The notes under the pieces were generated by a model, which did no database searches, was not told where the DNA came from, and was given only the letters and a program-made list of their open reading frames with translations. This document shows positions 48,191 to 58,013 of a stretch of DNA of 64,000 nucleotides, piece after piece. The DNA comes from Candidatus Iainarchaeum sp. GTDB taxonomy: Archaea > Iainarchaeota > Iainarchaeia > Iainarchaeales > JAFCCW01. The translations under genes and the position numbers were made by a program. Location of the stretch: the NCBI GenBank assembly GCA_017609985.1, contig JAFCCW010000001.1, forward strand, positions 1-64,000, read 5' to 3'. Every line of letters starts with the position of its first letter. The stretch's first letter is position 1.

Positions 48191-49486
48191 TCACTGCTTT
48201 AAAGAAACTTTTCCCTCATAAAGCTTTGAAAGCACGGATTCCAACTCAGAAAAAAGAGAATCTGTTTCAGTCACAGAAGAACTTGCATTCTTTTTCTTTC
48301 CCAAAAGAATAGATTTTTTCTCTAAAATTTCTCGTTCAACAGAATCAATCTCACGCTCGATTTTCTCTGATTTTTCAAAAACATTGTTTTTGCGCAACAA
48401 AGTCTCTGTTTCAGAAAGCTTTGCTTCAACCTTGTTAAGTTTCCAGAAAACATTTTCAAAAAAGTCAAAAGAAACAAGTTCTTCAATTGCAGAAATCTTT
48501 TTATCGCGCTCTTTGTCCTTCAGAGAAATTTCTCCAGAAATAATCTGTTCCTTTAAAGCTGAAAGAATTTTTTTAAGAACTAAAGCGCCATGATCTTTCT
48601 TGAATGCAATAAGTGGATTTGAAAGATATTCTTTCAGCAAAGACTCTTCCTTTGAGGATAAAGAAACCTTGTTAACAGAAACAAGTTTTTCAAACTTTTT
48701 CAGGGGTTTTTCAACAGGAAACAAAAGCTGGGAAAGCCTGGACTTAAGTTCCTGCTTTTCATGAAGAAGCTTGCTCTTGTTTTCTTTAAGAGATTCAAAT
48801 TTTTTAAAATCCAAGGAAGAGGAAAGCTCTTCAAGGCTGGCTACAAGAGACTTTTTATTGTCTTCAAGCTCTGAAATTTTTTCAGAAAAAGAGTCAAGTT
48901 CATCAACTGCATTTAAGTTTTTGGAAGAAACATCACGAATAGAAGAAACAAGAATTTTTGCCCGCTCAGAAAGAAAAACCTTACTCTCCGGACTGAATTT
49001 TTCAGAAATTTCTGCAAGAACAGCTCTTGTTTCCTCTAAAATTTCTCCGAACTCCTTTATTTCTTCTTTAAGATAAACAGAAGAATAAGCAATATTCTTC
49101 CAAGAAGACTCAACCTCTTTTCTGATTAGTTCAAGCGAAGAAATAGAATAGCTCCTAGCTTCTTTTGGAGAAAAAAAAGGAGGGGGCGAGATGCGTTCAG
49201 CAAGCGAAGAAAGTTTTCTGACAGCATTTGTCCTACTGGTTGAAACAATCTTCTCAACACGCTTGTTTTGTTTGTCGATTCCTGCCTGCTCCAAAGAAAC
49301 AGCTTTTGCAGAAAGTTGGCGGAGAAGATGCTTTATTTCAGAAGATTTTTTAGCATAAAACTCCTCTAATTCTCCTGCTTCAAATGCAGATTGGGATTTA
49401 ATGAAGTCATCTGCATTGGAGAACAAGAGTTCCACTGGCTTTTTTTCTTTCTTGGTCTTTCCAAAAATTTTTTCAAGAAAACTCAT
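48191..49486 (-). CDS. Coiled-coil hypothetical protein
   Basis: Heptad-like E/K/L-rich 431-aa ORF. Confidence 0.7.
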   Translation of the reverse strand: MSFLEKIFGKTKKEKKPVELLFSNADDFIKSQSAFEAGELEEFYAKKSSEIKHLLRQLSAKAVSLEQAGIDKQNKRVEKIVSTSRTNAVRKLSSLAERISPPPFFSPKEARSYSISSLELIRKEVESSWKNIAYSSVYLKEEIKEFGEILEETRAVLAEISEKFSPESKVFLSERAKILVSSIRDVSSKNLNAVDELDSFSEKISELEDNKKSLVASLEELSSSLDFKKFESLKENKSKLLHEKQELKSRLSQLLFPVEKPLKKFEKLVSVNKVSLSSKEESLLKEYLSNPLIAFKKDHGALVLKKILSALKEQIISGEISLKDKERDKKISAIEELVSFDFFENVFWKLNKVEAKLSETETLLRKNNVFEKSEKIEREIDSVEREILEKKSILLGKKKNASSSVTETDSLFSELESVLSKLYEGKVSLKQ

Positions 49487-49586
49487 TCAAACCAATAATA
49501 GTTTCAGGGGAACAAATTAAAATACGCAGTCAGAGGAAATGCAGAGACAAAAAAGGGTTAAAAAAGGCTCCCAGTAAAAGTTAGTT

Positions 49587-50993
49587 ATGGAGAAAAAAGA
49601 AGCAGGAAAAATAAAAGAATCCTTGAAGACAGCAGCAGACTGGATTAAGAAAAAGGACAAGTTTGCGCTCATAAGCCATTATGATGCGGATGGCCTGACA
49701 GCAGCAGGGATAATGGGAAAAACACTTCAAAGAGAAAACAAAGAATTCAAAACAAAGAATGTAAAACAGCTGTACAGTGAAACAGTAAAAGAAATTCAAA
49801 CAATGGGAGAAAATTTTATTTTTACAGATTTTGGCTCAGCACTAATTCCAAAAATTGAAAAAAACTTCAAAGGAAAATGGATAGTGCTAGACCATCACCA
49901 GCCAAAAACAAAAGAACAGGATTCTGAAAGCCATGTAAACCCAGCATTCTTTGGACTGGACGGGGGCAAGGAAATTTCAGGGTCAGGTCTTGCGTATTTG
50001 CTTGCAAAAGAAATGAGTGAGAAAAATAAGGATTTGTCTGCTTTGGCTATTGTTGGAGCAGTAGGAGATATGCAGGATTTCAGCGGAAAACTTATCGGCA
50101 AAAACAGAGAAATTATGGAAGACGGAATAAAAGAAGGAGTGCTGGGAGTAAAAAATGATTTGAGACTTTACGGCAGAATTTCAAGACCGCTCACCCAGTT
50201 TTTGTGCTATAGCTCTTCTCCAATCTTGCCGGAACTAACAGCAAATGAACAAAAGTGCAGTGAATTTCTCAAAACTCATAAAATTGAATTAAGAGAAGGA
50301 GAGCAATGGAGAAGCTACGAAGATCTTGATGCAGGAGAAAAACAAAAACTAGCGAGTGCTATAGCAATGCATCTTGCAGAGCATAATACTCCGGAATGGA
50401 AAATAAGAAGCATGATTGGAGAAGTGTACACGCTCAAAAACGAGGAATTGAAAAGCCCGTTAAGAGATGCAAAAGAGTATGCCACCCTGCTGAATGCATG
50501 CGGAAGACATGCTCAGCCAGAAATAGGATTAAGTGTTACAATGGGGGACAGGGAAGAAGAATTTGAAAAAGCAATACTGCTTCTAGCCCAGCACAGAAAA
50601 GAATTAAGAGCAGGAATAGAATTAATGCAAAGCAGAGGAGTGGAAGAATATGAAAACTTTTACTTCTTTGACGCAGGCAACGAAATAAAAGATTCCATTG
50701 TGGGAATTGTTGCAGGAATGTTGTATGGGAGCGGAGCAATACCTGGAAACAAACCAGTTATTGCATTTGCAATGCACGAAGACAAAACAATCAAGGTCAG
50801 CGGAAGAGGAACACAAGATCTGTTGCGAAAAGGACTGAATCTGGGCCAGGCATTGAAGGATGTTTGTGCAGAACTAGGGGAGAGTGCAGAAGGCGGAGGA
50901 CACAAAATAGCAGCAGGCTGCAGGATAGAAGAAAAAGAAAAAGAAGAATTTTTGAAAATACTAGACACAAAAATAAAAGAGAATTATACATAA
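49587..50993 (+). CDS. Archaeal RecJ/Cdc45-like DHH phosphoesterase
   Basis: HYDADG, TDFGS, LDHH, GAVGD, DHHA1 domain GGGHKIAAG. Confidence 0.92.
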   Translation: MEKKEAGKIKESLKTAADWIKKKDKFALISHYDADGLTAAGIMGKTLQRENKEFKTKNVKQLYSETVKEIQTMGENFIFTDFGSALIPKIEKNFKGKWIVLDHHQPKTKEQDSESHVNPAFFGLDGGKEISGSGLAYLLAKEMSEKNKDLSALAIVGAVGDMQDFSGKLIGKNREIMEDGIKEGVLGVKNDLRLYGRISRPLTQFLCYSSSPILPELTANEQKCSEFLKTHKIELREGEQWRSYEDLDAGEKQKLASAIAMHLAEHNTPEWKIRSMIGEVYTLKNEELKSPLRDAKEYATLLNACGRHAQPEIGLSVTMGDREEEFEKAILLLAQHRKELRAGIELMQSRGVEEYENFYFFDAGNEIKDSIVGIVAGMLYGSGAIPGNKPVIAFAMHEDKTIKVSGRGTQDLLRKGLNLGQALKDVCAELGESAEGGGHKIAAGCRIEEKEKEEFLKILDTKIKENYT

Positions 50994-51041
50994 CAAGTTG
51001 TTTATTTAATTGTTTTGCAAAAAGATAGTTACTGACATAAT

Positions 51042-52106
51042 ATGGATTTCAAAAAAATTCTTGAAGCATATCAAAAAAAAGTTGACAAAGAAATTTCTGC
51101 GTTCATGTCAAAAAAAGAAAAAGAAGGAAAACAAATTTCAGAAGAATGCGGAGAAATGGCAAGGCTTTTGAAAGAATTTGCTGAAAGACCCGGCAAAAGA
51201 ATAAGGCCAGTGCTGGTTGTTTTTGGATACAAAGCCTGTGGTGGAGAAAACGAAAAAGAAATCCTGAAAGCCTCAATTGCAATAGAATTAATTCACGCAT
51301 ACCTGCTTATTCACGACGATGTAATGGACAAATCTGAAACAAGAAGGGGACAGCCAGCATTTCACAAAGAATACGAAGAAATCTATTCAAAAAAATATGG
51401 CAAAGGAAAAGAATGGAATGCTATAAGTGCTTCAGTAATTGCTGGAGACATAATCGAAGCTTTTGCAGCACAAGCAATAGCTGAAACAGAATTCGACTCT
51501 GAAAAAAAATCAGGATTTATGACAAAACTTAACGAAATAAACGCAAACACAGGATATGGACAGCTTCTGGACATGGAACTTGAAATAAAGAAAGATGCAA
51601 GTGAAGAAAACGTGGAATTAGTGCATCTTCTCAAAACAGCAAAGTATACAATTGAAGGACCATTACTGCTTGGAGCAATTCTGGCAGGAGCAAACAAAAA
51701 ACAAGTAAAAGAATTAAGCAATTATGCAATACCTGTTGGAAAAGCATTTCAAATGCAGGACGATATCCTGGGCGTGTTTGGAAGTGAAGAAAAAACAGGA
51801 AAACCAGTTGACTCTGATTTAAAAGAAGGAAAAAAAACTCACTTAGTAATTAAGGCAATGGAAAATGGAAACAAGGAAGAACAAGAAATTCTTTTAGCAG
51901 CAATTGGAAATCCAGAACTGACAAAAGAAGAATTTGAAAAAACAAAAGAAATAATAAAGAAAACCAAAGCGCTTGACTATACAAAAGAAAAAGCAAAAAC
52001 CTATGCCCAAGAAGGAATGAAATCTCTTAAAAAAAGCTCATTGAATATAAAGGGGCGAGAATTTTTGGAGGGAATGGCGCGCTATATTCTTGAAAGAGAA
52101 CTTTGA
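51042..52106 (+). CDS. Short-chain polyprenyl diphosphate (GGPP-type) synthase
   Basis: GKRIRP, YLLIHDDVMD...RRG, GQLLD, KTA, FQMQDD. Confidence 0.92.
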   Translation: MDFKKILEAYQKKVDKEISAFMSKKEKEGKQISEECGEMARLLKEFAERPGKRIRPVLVVFGYKACGGENEKEILKASIAIELIHAYLLIHDDVMDKSETRRGQPAFHKEYEEIYSKKYGKGKEWNAISASVIAGDIIEAFAAQAIAETEFDSEKKSGFMTKLNEINANTGYGQLLDMELEIKKDASEENVELVHLLKTAKYTIEGPLLLGAILAGANKKQVKELSNYAIPVGKAFQMQDDILGVFGSEEKTGKPVDSDLKEGKKTHLVIKAMENGNKEEQEILLAAIGNPELTKEEFEKTKEIIKKTKALDYTKEKAKTYAQEGMKSLKKSSLNIKGREFLEGMARYILEREL

Positions 52107-52223
52107 TTTAATCGCTTATGTTAATCAATTAATTTAATCAATTAATTTAATCAATTAATTTAATCAATTAATTTAATCAATTAATTTAATCAATTAATTT
52201 AATCAATTAATTTAATCGCTTAT
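52106..52223. repeat. 13-bp tandem array (TTAATCAATTAAT x7, 52121-52211) flanked by 14-bp direct repeats ATTTAATCGCTTAT
   Basis: Counted directly; flanks at 52106-52119 and 52210-52223. Confidence 0.95.
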
Positions 52224-53228
52224 TTTAAGAACATCAAGTTCCGAACAAACACAATCTGCATTAATAAGCAAAGAAATGCTTGGATTACTCCTTCCCTTAT
52301 CCCCTGAAATAAATTCCTTGATATAAAGACCAGCCTCAGCATCCAGTTCAATCTGAAACACGGAAGAAGACAAAATATTTACAGACGTGATTGTACAGTT
52401 TCTCTCCCTAACAAGATCACTTCTTCTCTTTGAAACACGATTGGGAGTGCGCTGTTTTATCTCAATTTTTTTTCCAAGAAGAGAATTAATCACTTCATGA
52501 TTGGGAGGCGAAGAACAAGTTACTGTTGCAAGATAAAGCTTGCGAGCCTTGCTTTCTTTTAATTCAGCAATTCTTTGCTTTGAAGAAATAACAATAGAAG
52601 AAACAGTGACTTTCCCATCAGCAAAAGAATTGATTGCTTTTTCAAGTTCTGAAACATCGACAACTCTTTTCTTGGGTTCAATAAGTTCAAGAACAAAACT
52701 TCTGCCAGAACCAAGCATTTTCACGTCCACATCTTCTCTTCCCTGACCATGGAACTTGTTTCCGCTTGCCTGAAAAAAAATCATTGCCTGTTCAGCCACA
52801 AGCTCTTGAACAGACTCAATACTTGAAACTCCTTTGAAAGAACATTCTTTGCAACCCCTGCCCCTGCATTTTTGACAGGAAAAGATTGTCTGAGCTATTT
52901 CACGGGAAAATTTATTGTATTTTGCTTCAATATAAACAGAACGAATGAAAATCGAAACAATGGAAGAATTAAAGTCAACAATTATTTCCGCATCAGGCAG
53001 TTCTCCATCAAAAGGAACAGAAAGATTCTTTTCAACAGCACTCGCAAGCTTGAACTGAAACTCGTGCTTTAGCATTGAAACCTCATCATCTGAAAGATTA
53101 ATTGGGAAAGAACATCCAAGAACAAAAGAAGAAATTGAAAAACCAGAAAGCATTGAATAAATTGTTTCCGAAATTGGTTTGATTGCCTCTTGTGAAAAAT
53201 CAGAAAACTCAAAAGATTGTTTTAACAT
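52212..53228 (-). CDS. pus10: tRNA pseudouridine 54/55 synthase Pus10
   Basis: GQGREDVDVKMLG, QRTPNRV..RR, GLYIKEFISGD.GR. Confidence 0.93.
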   Translation of the reverse strand: MLKQSFEFSDFSQEAIKPISETIYSMLSGFSISSFVLGCSFPINLSDDEVSMLKHEFQFKLASAVEKNLSVPFDGELPDAEIIVDFNSSIVSIFIRSVYIEAKYNKFSREIAQTIFSCQKCRGRGCKECSFKGVSSIESVQELVAEQAMIFFQASGNKFHGQGREDVDVKMLGSGRSFVLELIEPKKRVVDVSELEKAINSFADGKVTVSSIVISSKQRIAELKESKARKLYLATVTCSSPPNHEVINSLLGKKIEIKQRTPNRVSKRRSDLVRERNCTITSVNILSSSVFQIELDAEAGLYIKEFISGDKGRSNPSISLLINADCVCSELDVLKISD

Positions 53229-53270
53229 AAAAAAAATAACCAGAAAAAAAGATTAAAAAAAGAGGAGAAT

Positions 53271-55925
53271 TTATTTCTCCTTCTTTTCCCTTATTGCGGC
53301 CTGAGCTGCAGCAAGCCTTGCAATTGGAACCCTAAAAGGTGAGCAAGAAACATAGTTCAATCCAATTCTGTGGCAAAACTCCACAGAAGCTGGCTCTCCA
53401 CCGTGCTCTCCGCAAATTCCAATTTTGAGCTTTTCTTTAGTGCTTCTTCCCTTTTCCACAGCCATTTCAACAAGCTTTCCCACACCAGACTGATCAAGAA
53501 CCTGGAAAGGGTCCTGTTCGAGAATTGAATTCTCGACATAGAATGGAATGAAAGTTCCAGCATCGTCTCGGCTGTAACCGAATGTGGTTTGAGTTAAATC
53601 ATTTGTTCCAAATGAAAAGAACTCTGCGTGCTTTGCAATCTCGTCAGCTGTCAAGCAAGCTCTTGGCAATTCCATCATTACTCCAACAGAATAAGAAATT
53701 TCTTTTCCTTTTTCTTTCAGAATCTTTTTTGCAGTGGAATCAACAAGAGACCTCATGCGCTGCATTTCATTAACATGGCCAAGAACAGGAATCATTATTT
53801 CCGGTTTTGCGTCAATTCCGTCTTCCTTTGCCTCGATAGCTGCTTCAATGATTGCCTGAACCTGCATTTCATTTATTTCAGGATAGACAATTCCTAGTCT
53901 GCAACCTCTGAATCCAAGCATTGGATTAAACTCGTGAAGAGACTCAATTTTTTCCTTGAGTTCTTCAACAGAAACATTCATTTCTGTCGCAAGCTCGTTT
54001 ATTTCCTTGTCCTCTCTTGGAAGGAATTCATGCAAAGGAGGGTCAAGCAATCTGATTGTGACTGGCAAGCCATCCATTGACTTGAACAAGCCCTTGAAAT
54101 CATCTCTCTGGAAAGGCAAAAGTTTTGCAAGAGCCTTCTCCCGCCCTGCCTTGTCCTTGGAAAGAATCATTTCCCTGACTGCCTTAATTCTGTTCTCTTC
54201 AAAGAACATATGCTCTGTTCTGGTTAAACCAATTCCCTGAGCTCCAAAATCTCGAGCAATCTTTGCATCATTTGGAGTGTCAGCATTAGCCCAGACCTGA
54301 AGTTTGCGCACTTCATCAGCCCACTTCATCACAGTGTCAAAGTCACCTGAAAGTTTTGGTTCAACTAAAGGAACCTGTCCCTCCAAAACCTCTCCAAGAC
54401 TTCCGTCAAGACTAATCCACTCACCCTCTTTGAGCTCAAGGCCTTTTGATGGAATCTTTAGAACCTTGTTTTTCTCATCAACAGTAATTTCATTGCTTCC
54501 AGCAACACAGCACTTACCCATTCCGCGGGCAACAACTGCTGCATGGCTGGTCATTCCGCCTCTTGCAGTGAGAATTCCCTGAGCTGCATTCATTCCCTCA
54601 ATATCCTCAGGGCTTGTTTCAGTTCTGACAAGAATAACTGTTGCATCAGCATCTGCTTCAACAGCAGCAGCAACATCGTCAGCATGAAACATTACTTTTC
54701 CAACAGCTGCTCCGGGAGAAGCAGGCAAACCCATTGCAATAACCTTGTGTTCCTTTTTTGCATTCTCATCAAGCTGCTTGTGCAAGAGCTGATCAAGCTG
54801 AGCAGGCTTTAACTGAAGAAGAGCATCGTCTCTTGAAATAAGACCTTCGCCCTCCATGTCAACCGCAATTTTCAAAGCAGCCTGTGCAGTTCTCTTACCA
54901 TTTCTGCTCTGCAAAATCCAAAGCTTTTCGTTCTCAATAGTGAACTCAAAATCCTGCAAGTCCTTGTAATGCTTTTCAAGCTTTTCATAGACTTCAATAA
55001 GCTCATCATAGACCTTTGGCAAGATTTTTTTGAGGTCGTCAACTGGCAAAGGTGTTCTGATTCCAGCAACAACATCTTCACCCTGTGCATTGATGAGAAA
55101 TTCACCGTAATGCTCTTTTTCTCCTGTTGCAGGATTTCTAGTAAAAGAAACACCTGTTCCAGAATCGTCTCCGAGATTACCAAAAACCATTGCCTGAACA
55201 TTCACGCCAGTTCCAGCATCCTGCTTCAAGTGATTGATTTTTCTGTACTTGATTGCTCTTGGATTATAAAAAGAGTCAAAGACAGCGTTGATTGCCAACT
55301 TCAACTGCTCCCAAGGATCGCTTGGAAACAATTCTCCTCTTGTTTCCTTAACAATTTCCTTGTAATCGTTTACAAGCTCTTTCAAGTCCTCAATAGAGAG
55401 TTCAGTGTCATTCTCCACTCCCTTCTCGTTCTTTTTTGCCTGAATAGCGTGCTCGAATTTTTCGTGTGGAACTTCCATTACCACGTCTCCAAACATCTGA
55501 ATAAAACGCCTGTAAGAATCCCAAGCACCTCTCTCGTTGCTGGTCATCTTTCCAAAAGCCTCCACTGTTTCGTCATTCATTCCAAGATTAAGAACAGTGT
55601 CCATCATCCCAGGCATTGAAACATAGGAACCAGAGCGAACAGAAACAAGAAGAGGTTTTTCCTTGTCACCAAACTTTCTTCCGATTTCGCTTTCAAGCTT
55701 TTCAATATTCTTCTTAACCTCGGCTTCGAGTTCAGAAGGCCATTTTTTGCCGCCTTCATAAAATTCAACACAAGCTTCTGTGCTTAGAGTAAAGCCCGGG
55801 GGAACTGGCAAGCCAGCATTAGTCATCTCACACAACTGCGCTCCCTTGTTTCCCAGCTTAAGAATCCATTCCCAAGTGTTTGCGTTTTCTACTTCATCAA
55901 AAAAATACACATATTTCTTGCTCAC
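53271..55925 (-). CDS. ppdK: Pyruvate, phosphate dikinase
   Basis: VSVRSG...SMPGMMDT, GGMTSHAAVVARG, FSFGTNDLTQ, GICGEHGG. Confidence 0.97.
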   Translation of the reverse strand: MSKKYVYFFDEVENANTWEWILKLGNKGAQLCEMTNAGLPVPPGFTLSTEACVEFYEGGKKWPSELEAEVKKNIEKLESEIGRKFGDKEKPLLVSVRSGSYVSMPGMMDTVLNLGMNDETVEAFGKMTSNERGAWDSYRRFIQMFGDVVMEVPHEKFEHAIQAKKNEKGVENDTELSIEDLKELVNDYKEIVKETRGELFPSDPWEQLKLAINAVFDSFYNPRAIKYRKINHLKQDAGTGVNVQAMVFGNLGDDSGTGVSFTRNPATGEKEHYGEFLINAQGEDVVAGIRTPLPVDDLKKILPKVYDELIEVYEKLEKHYKDLQDFEFTIENEKLWILQSRNGKRTAQAALKIAVDMEGEGLISRDDALLQLKPAQLDQLLHKQLDENAKKEHKVIAMGLPASPGAAVGKVMFHADDVAAAVEADADATVILVRTETSPEDIEGMNAAQGILTARGGMTSHAAVVARGMGKCCVAGSNEITVDEKNKVLKIPSKGLELKEGEWISLDGSLGEVLEGQVPLVEPKLSGDFDTVMKWADEVRKLQVWANADTPNDAKIARDFGAQGIGLTRTEHMFFEENRIKAVREMILSKDKAGREKALAKLLPFQRDDFKGLFKSMDGLPVTIRLLDPPLHEFLPREDKEINELATEMNVSVEELKEKIESLHEFNPMLGFRGCRLGIVYPEINEMQVQAIIEAAIEAKEDGIDAKPEIMIPVLGHVNEMQRMRSLVDSTAKKILKEKGKEISYSVGVMMELPRACLTADEIAKHAEFFSFGTNDLTQTTFGYSRDDAGTFIPFYVENSILEQDPFQVLDQSGVGKLVEMAVEKGRSTKEKLKIGICGEHGGEPASVEFCHRIGLNYVSCSPFRVPIARLAAAQAAIREKKEK

Positions 55926-56006
55926 TAAACCACCTCAAAAGTTATTGTATTTACCATAATTTGTAAAATAAGTAATATAATTGGAAAGAAAAGGATTTTT
56001 AAAGCT

Positions 56007-56705
56007 TCAGTTTTTTTTGAAAAATTCGGTTTTTGACGGTTTTCTGCCACAAGACTTCTTCTCAGTGCAATAACCAAGGCGCTCGCACTTAGGACCAACT
56101 GAATTAAACAGGAGGGGAGCAACCTTTTTGCATTCTTCAAGCATGGCTTCTGCTAGCTGACGGATTTCCCACTGAGCGCGAGTGCACAAGCGATGCTCGA
56201 AGAAGTTGTAGAGGGAACGAGTGTTCATGGTTACGACTATTCTAGTCTCGGCAGCATTAGGAAGAAGAAAACGCGCGTCCTCTTTTGGAGAAATTTCAAG
56301 CATTTCCACGTACGCCTTTCTAGAAGATTCAATGGAATCAGTGAATTTTTTAAGAGCAGAAGGATTTGACTTGATTTTTGGAGGAACAATGTAATTGAAG
56401 GATTCCTCATCAACGTATCTCTGGGATTGCTGGCTGTAAGAAGCAATTCTGTGCCTGACAAGCTGGTGAGAACAAGCCCTGCTAATGCCTTCAATGCCAA
56501 AAGTGAAAGAAACATGCTCAAGAACAGAAAAATGGCCTGCTTCCACAAGATGAGAAATAAGCTTTTTTGCATAGTCAGGAGTAACCTTTTTCTTAAGCTC
56601 GTCAATTGTTGCATTAGCATAGCAAATATGACCGGCAGTAGCAGCAGTAAGGTCTGGCTCAGGAGTATGGGACAAGAGTTCAACTTTCAGGCTTGTTTCA
56701 GGCAT
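56007..56705 (-). CDS. thyX: FAD-dependent thymidylate synthase
   Basis: GHFSVLEH, RHRIASYSQQSQRY, EDARFLLP, AQWEIR. Confidence 0.96.
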   Translation of the reverse strand: MPETSLKVELLSHTPEPDLTAATAGHICYANATIDELKKKVTPDYAKKLISHLVEAGHFSVLEHVSFTFGIEGISRACSHQLVRHRIASYSQQSQRYVDEESFNYIVPPKIKSNPSALKKFTDSIESSRKAYVEMLEISPKEDARFLLPNAAETRIVVTMNTRSLYNFFEHRLCTRAQWEIRQLAEAMLEECKKVAPLLFNSVGPKCERLGYCTEKKSCGRKPSKTEFFKKN

Positions 56706-56772
56706 AAATCATCAGATTATAATATGATGGAAAAAGAATAATAATGAATATTGCGTAATAATATTGAGTAAA

Positions 56773-57258
56773 ATGGAAAGACGTAAAAAAACCAAAAGAG
56801 GAAAAAGAGAAGAAAAGGAAAAAAAGAGGAGACAAAGAGAAAGAGATGTAAGAGAATACAAGACACTGGTTGAAACAACAAATAAGTTGCTCGCTGATAA
56901 AGACATAAGCTCTCAAACTTTAAGTGATTCTATAGATATAATAAATGCAGGAATTAAAGCAGAGGAAAGAATGGGAAACCGGCAAGCCGCAAATGCTTTG
57001 AAAAGAATTGCTGAAAAACTTGAAGCACGGCGTAAAGAAATTGATAAATTGGAAGAAATAATAGAAAGATGGGTACAAACTGCAAGAAATATGACATACC
57101 AGACTGATGTGAATATTATCAGAGGATTGAGAAATAAAATAAAAAATATTGCAAGAAGAGAACATAAAGCAGGTCATGTGAAACTGGCAAAACGTCTTAC
57201 TGGATCTGCAAGCCAGCTAACAAGAAGAATAAATGAGCTAACCCAAGGAAAGCAATAA
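56773..57258 (+). CDS. Hypothetical helical protein with very basic N-terminus
   Basis: MERRKKTKRGKREEKEKKRRQRER; ORF track start is TTG 56764. Confidence 0.6.
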   Translation: MERRKKTKRGKREEKEKKRRQRERDVREYKTLVETTNKLLADKDISSQTLSDSIDIINAGIKAEERMGNRQAANALKRIAEKLEARRKEIDKLEEIIERWVQTARNMTYQTDVNIIRGLRNKIKNIARREHKAGHVKLAKRLTGSASQLTRRINELTQGKQ

Positions 57259-57306
57259 AAACAATAAAGTCCTATTTTTATTATCGAATTTTTTTGGTGA
57301 GAAAAA

Positions 57307-57627
57307 ATGGAAGCATTATTTGAAGTAAAAAGCATGAAACAACAATGGAAACCTCCGTTCAAGAAAGACATTGAAACAAAAGAGGTTTCTGTGCCAGTCA
57401 ACGGAAGCTTTGAGACATTCGGCGGAGCAAACGAAAACATATTCAAACTAGTCAAGGCAGAAAACAATGAAGCAAGCATCTGGTACAGTGAACAGTTTAC
57501 GCTCAAAGGCCATTCACACCCAGGCGACAGGATTGTAAACCTGAAACAGGGAGAAAGCGCTTCATTCACCTATCTCTGGGGCGAAGACGGAGTAACAAAG
57601 ACTGTTACACTCAAAAAAACAAACTGA
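57307..57627 (+). CDS. Hypothetical protein
   Basis: GGTGA RBS; 106-aa ORF with host-like codons. Confidence 0.7.
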   Translation: MEALFEVKSMKQQWKPPFKKDIETKEVSVPVNGSFETFGGANENIFKLVKAENNEASIWYSEQFTLKGHSHPGDRIVNLKQGESASFTYLWGEDGVTKTVTLKKTN

Positions 57628-57662
57628 TTGAAAGAGCAAAGAGTGTTAGGAAAAACGATTGC

Positions 57663-57693
57663 TTTAAAAGATTTATGTGAAAATATTTACATA
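57663..57693 (+). promoter_or_regulatory. TATA box and imperfect inverted repeat TATGTGAA-AATA-TTTACATA, candidate ArsR operator
   Basis: TTTAAAA at 57663-57669; 7/8 palindrome at 57674-57693 reaching the start codon. Confidence 0.55.
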
Positions 57694-58013
57694 TGAAAGA
57701 ACATTCATATGTTAGCTGTTTTTCAGTGCTGTCAAACGAGTTAAGGATGAGCATTCTCTCCGAGCTAGAAAAAGGAGAGAGCAATGTCGGCGATATAGTG
57801 CAGGAAATAAAAGCAGACCAAAGCAGAGTAAGCCATGCATTAAGACAGCTAAAAAAATGCGGTTTTGTAAAGTCAAGAGTTGAAGGAAAAGAAAGATTTT
57901 ACTCGCTGAGACAAGAAACATTTGATTCCCTTAAAGCAAAGAAAGGAGAGAGCATGCTTGACATAGCAAAAAGACATTATGAAAACTGCCCATTCAAGGA
58001 GGAAAGAAAATGA
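57693..58013 (+). CDS. ArsR/SmtB family transcription regulator
   Basis: FSVLSNELRMSIL...QSRVSHALRQLKKCGFV...RFYSL. Confidence 0.9.
   Translation: MKEHSYVSCFSVLSNELRMSILSELEKGESNVGDIVQEIKADQSRVSHALRQLKKCGFVKSRVEGKERFYSLRQETFDSLKAKKGESMLDIAKRHYENCPFKEERK

Noticed and set aside
52121-52211. Possible CRISPR array
   Set aside because: Units are contiguous 13-mers without spacers, and no cas genes are present.
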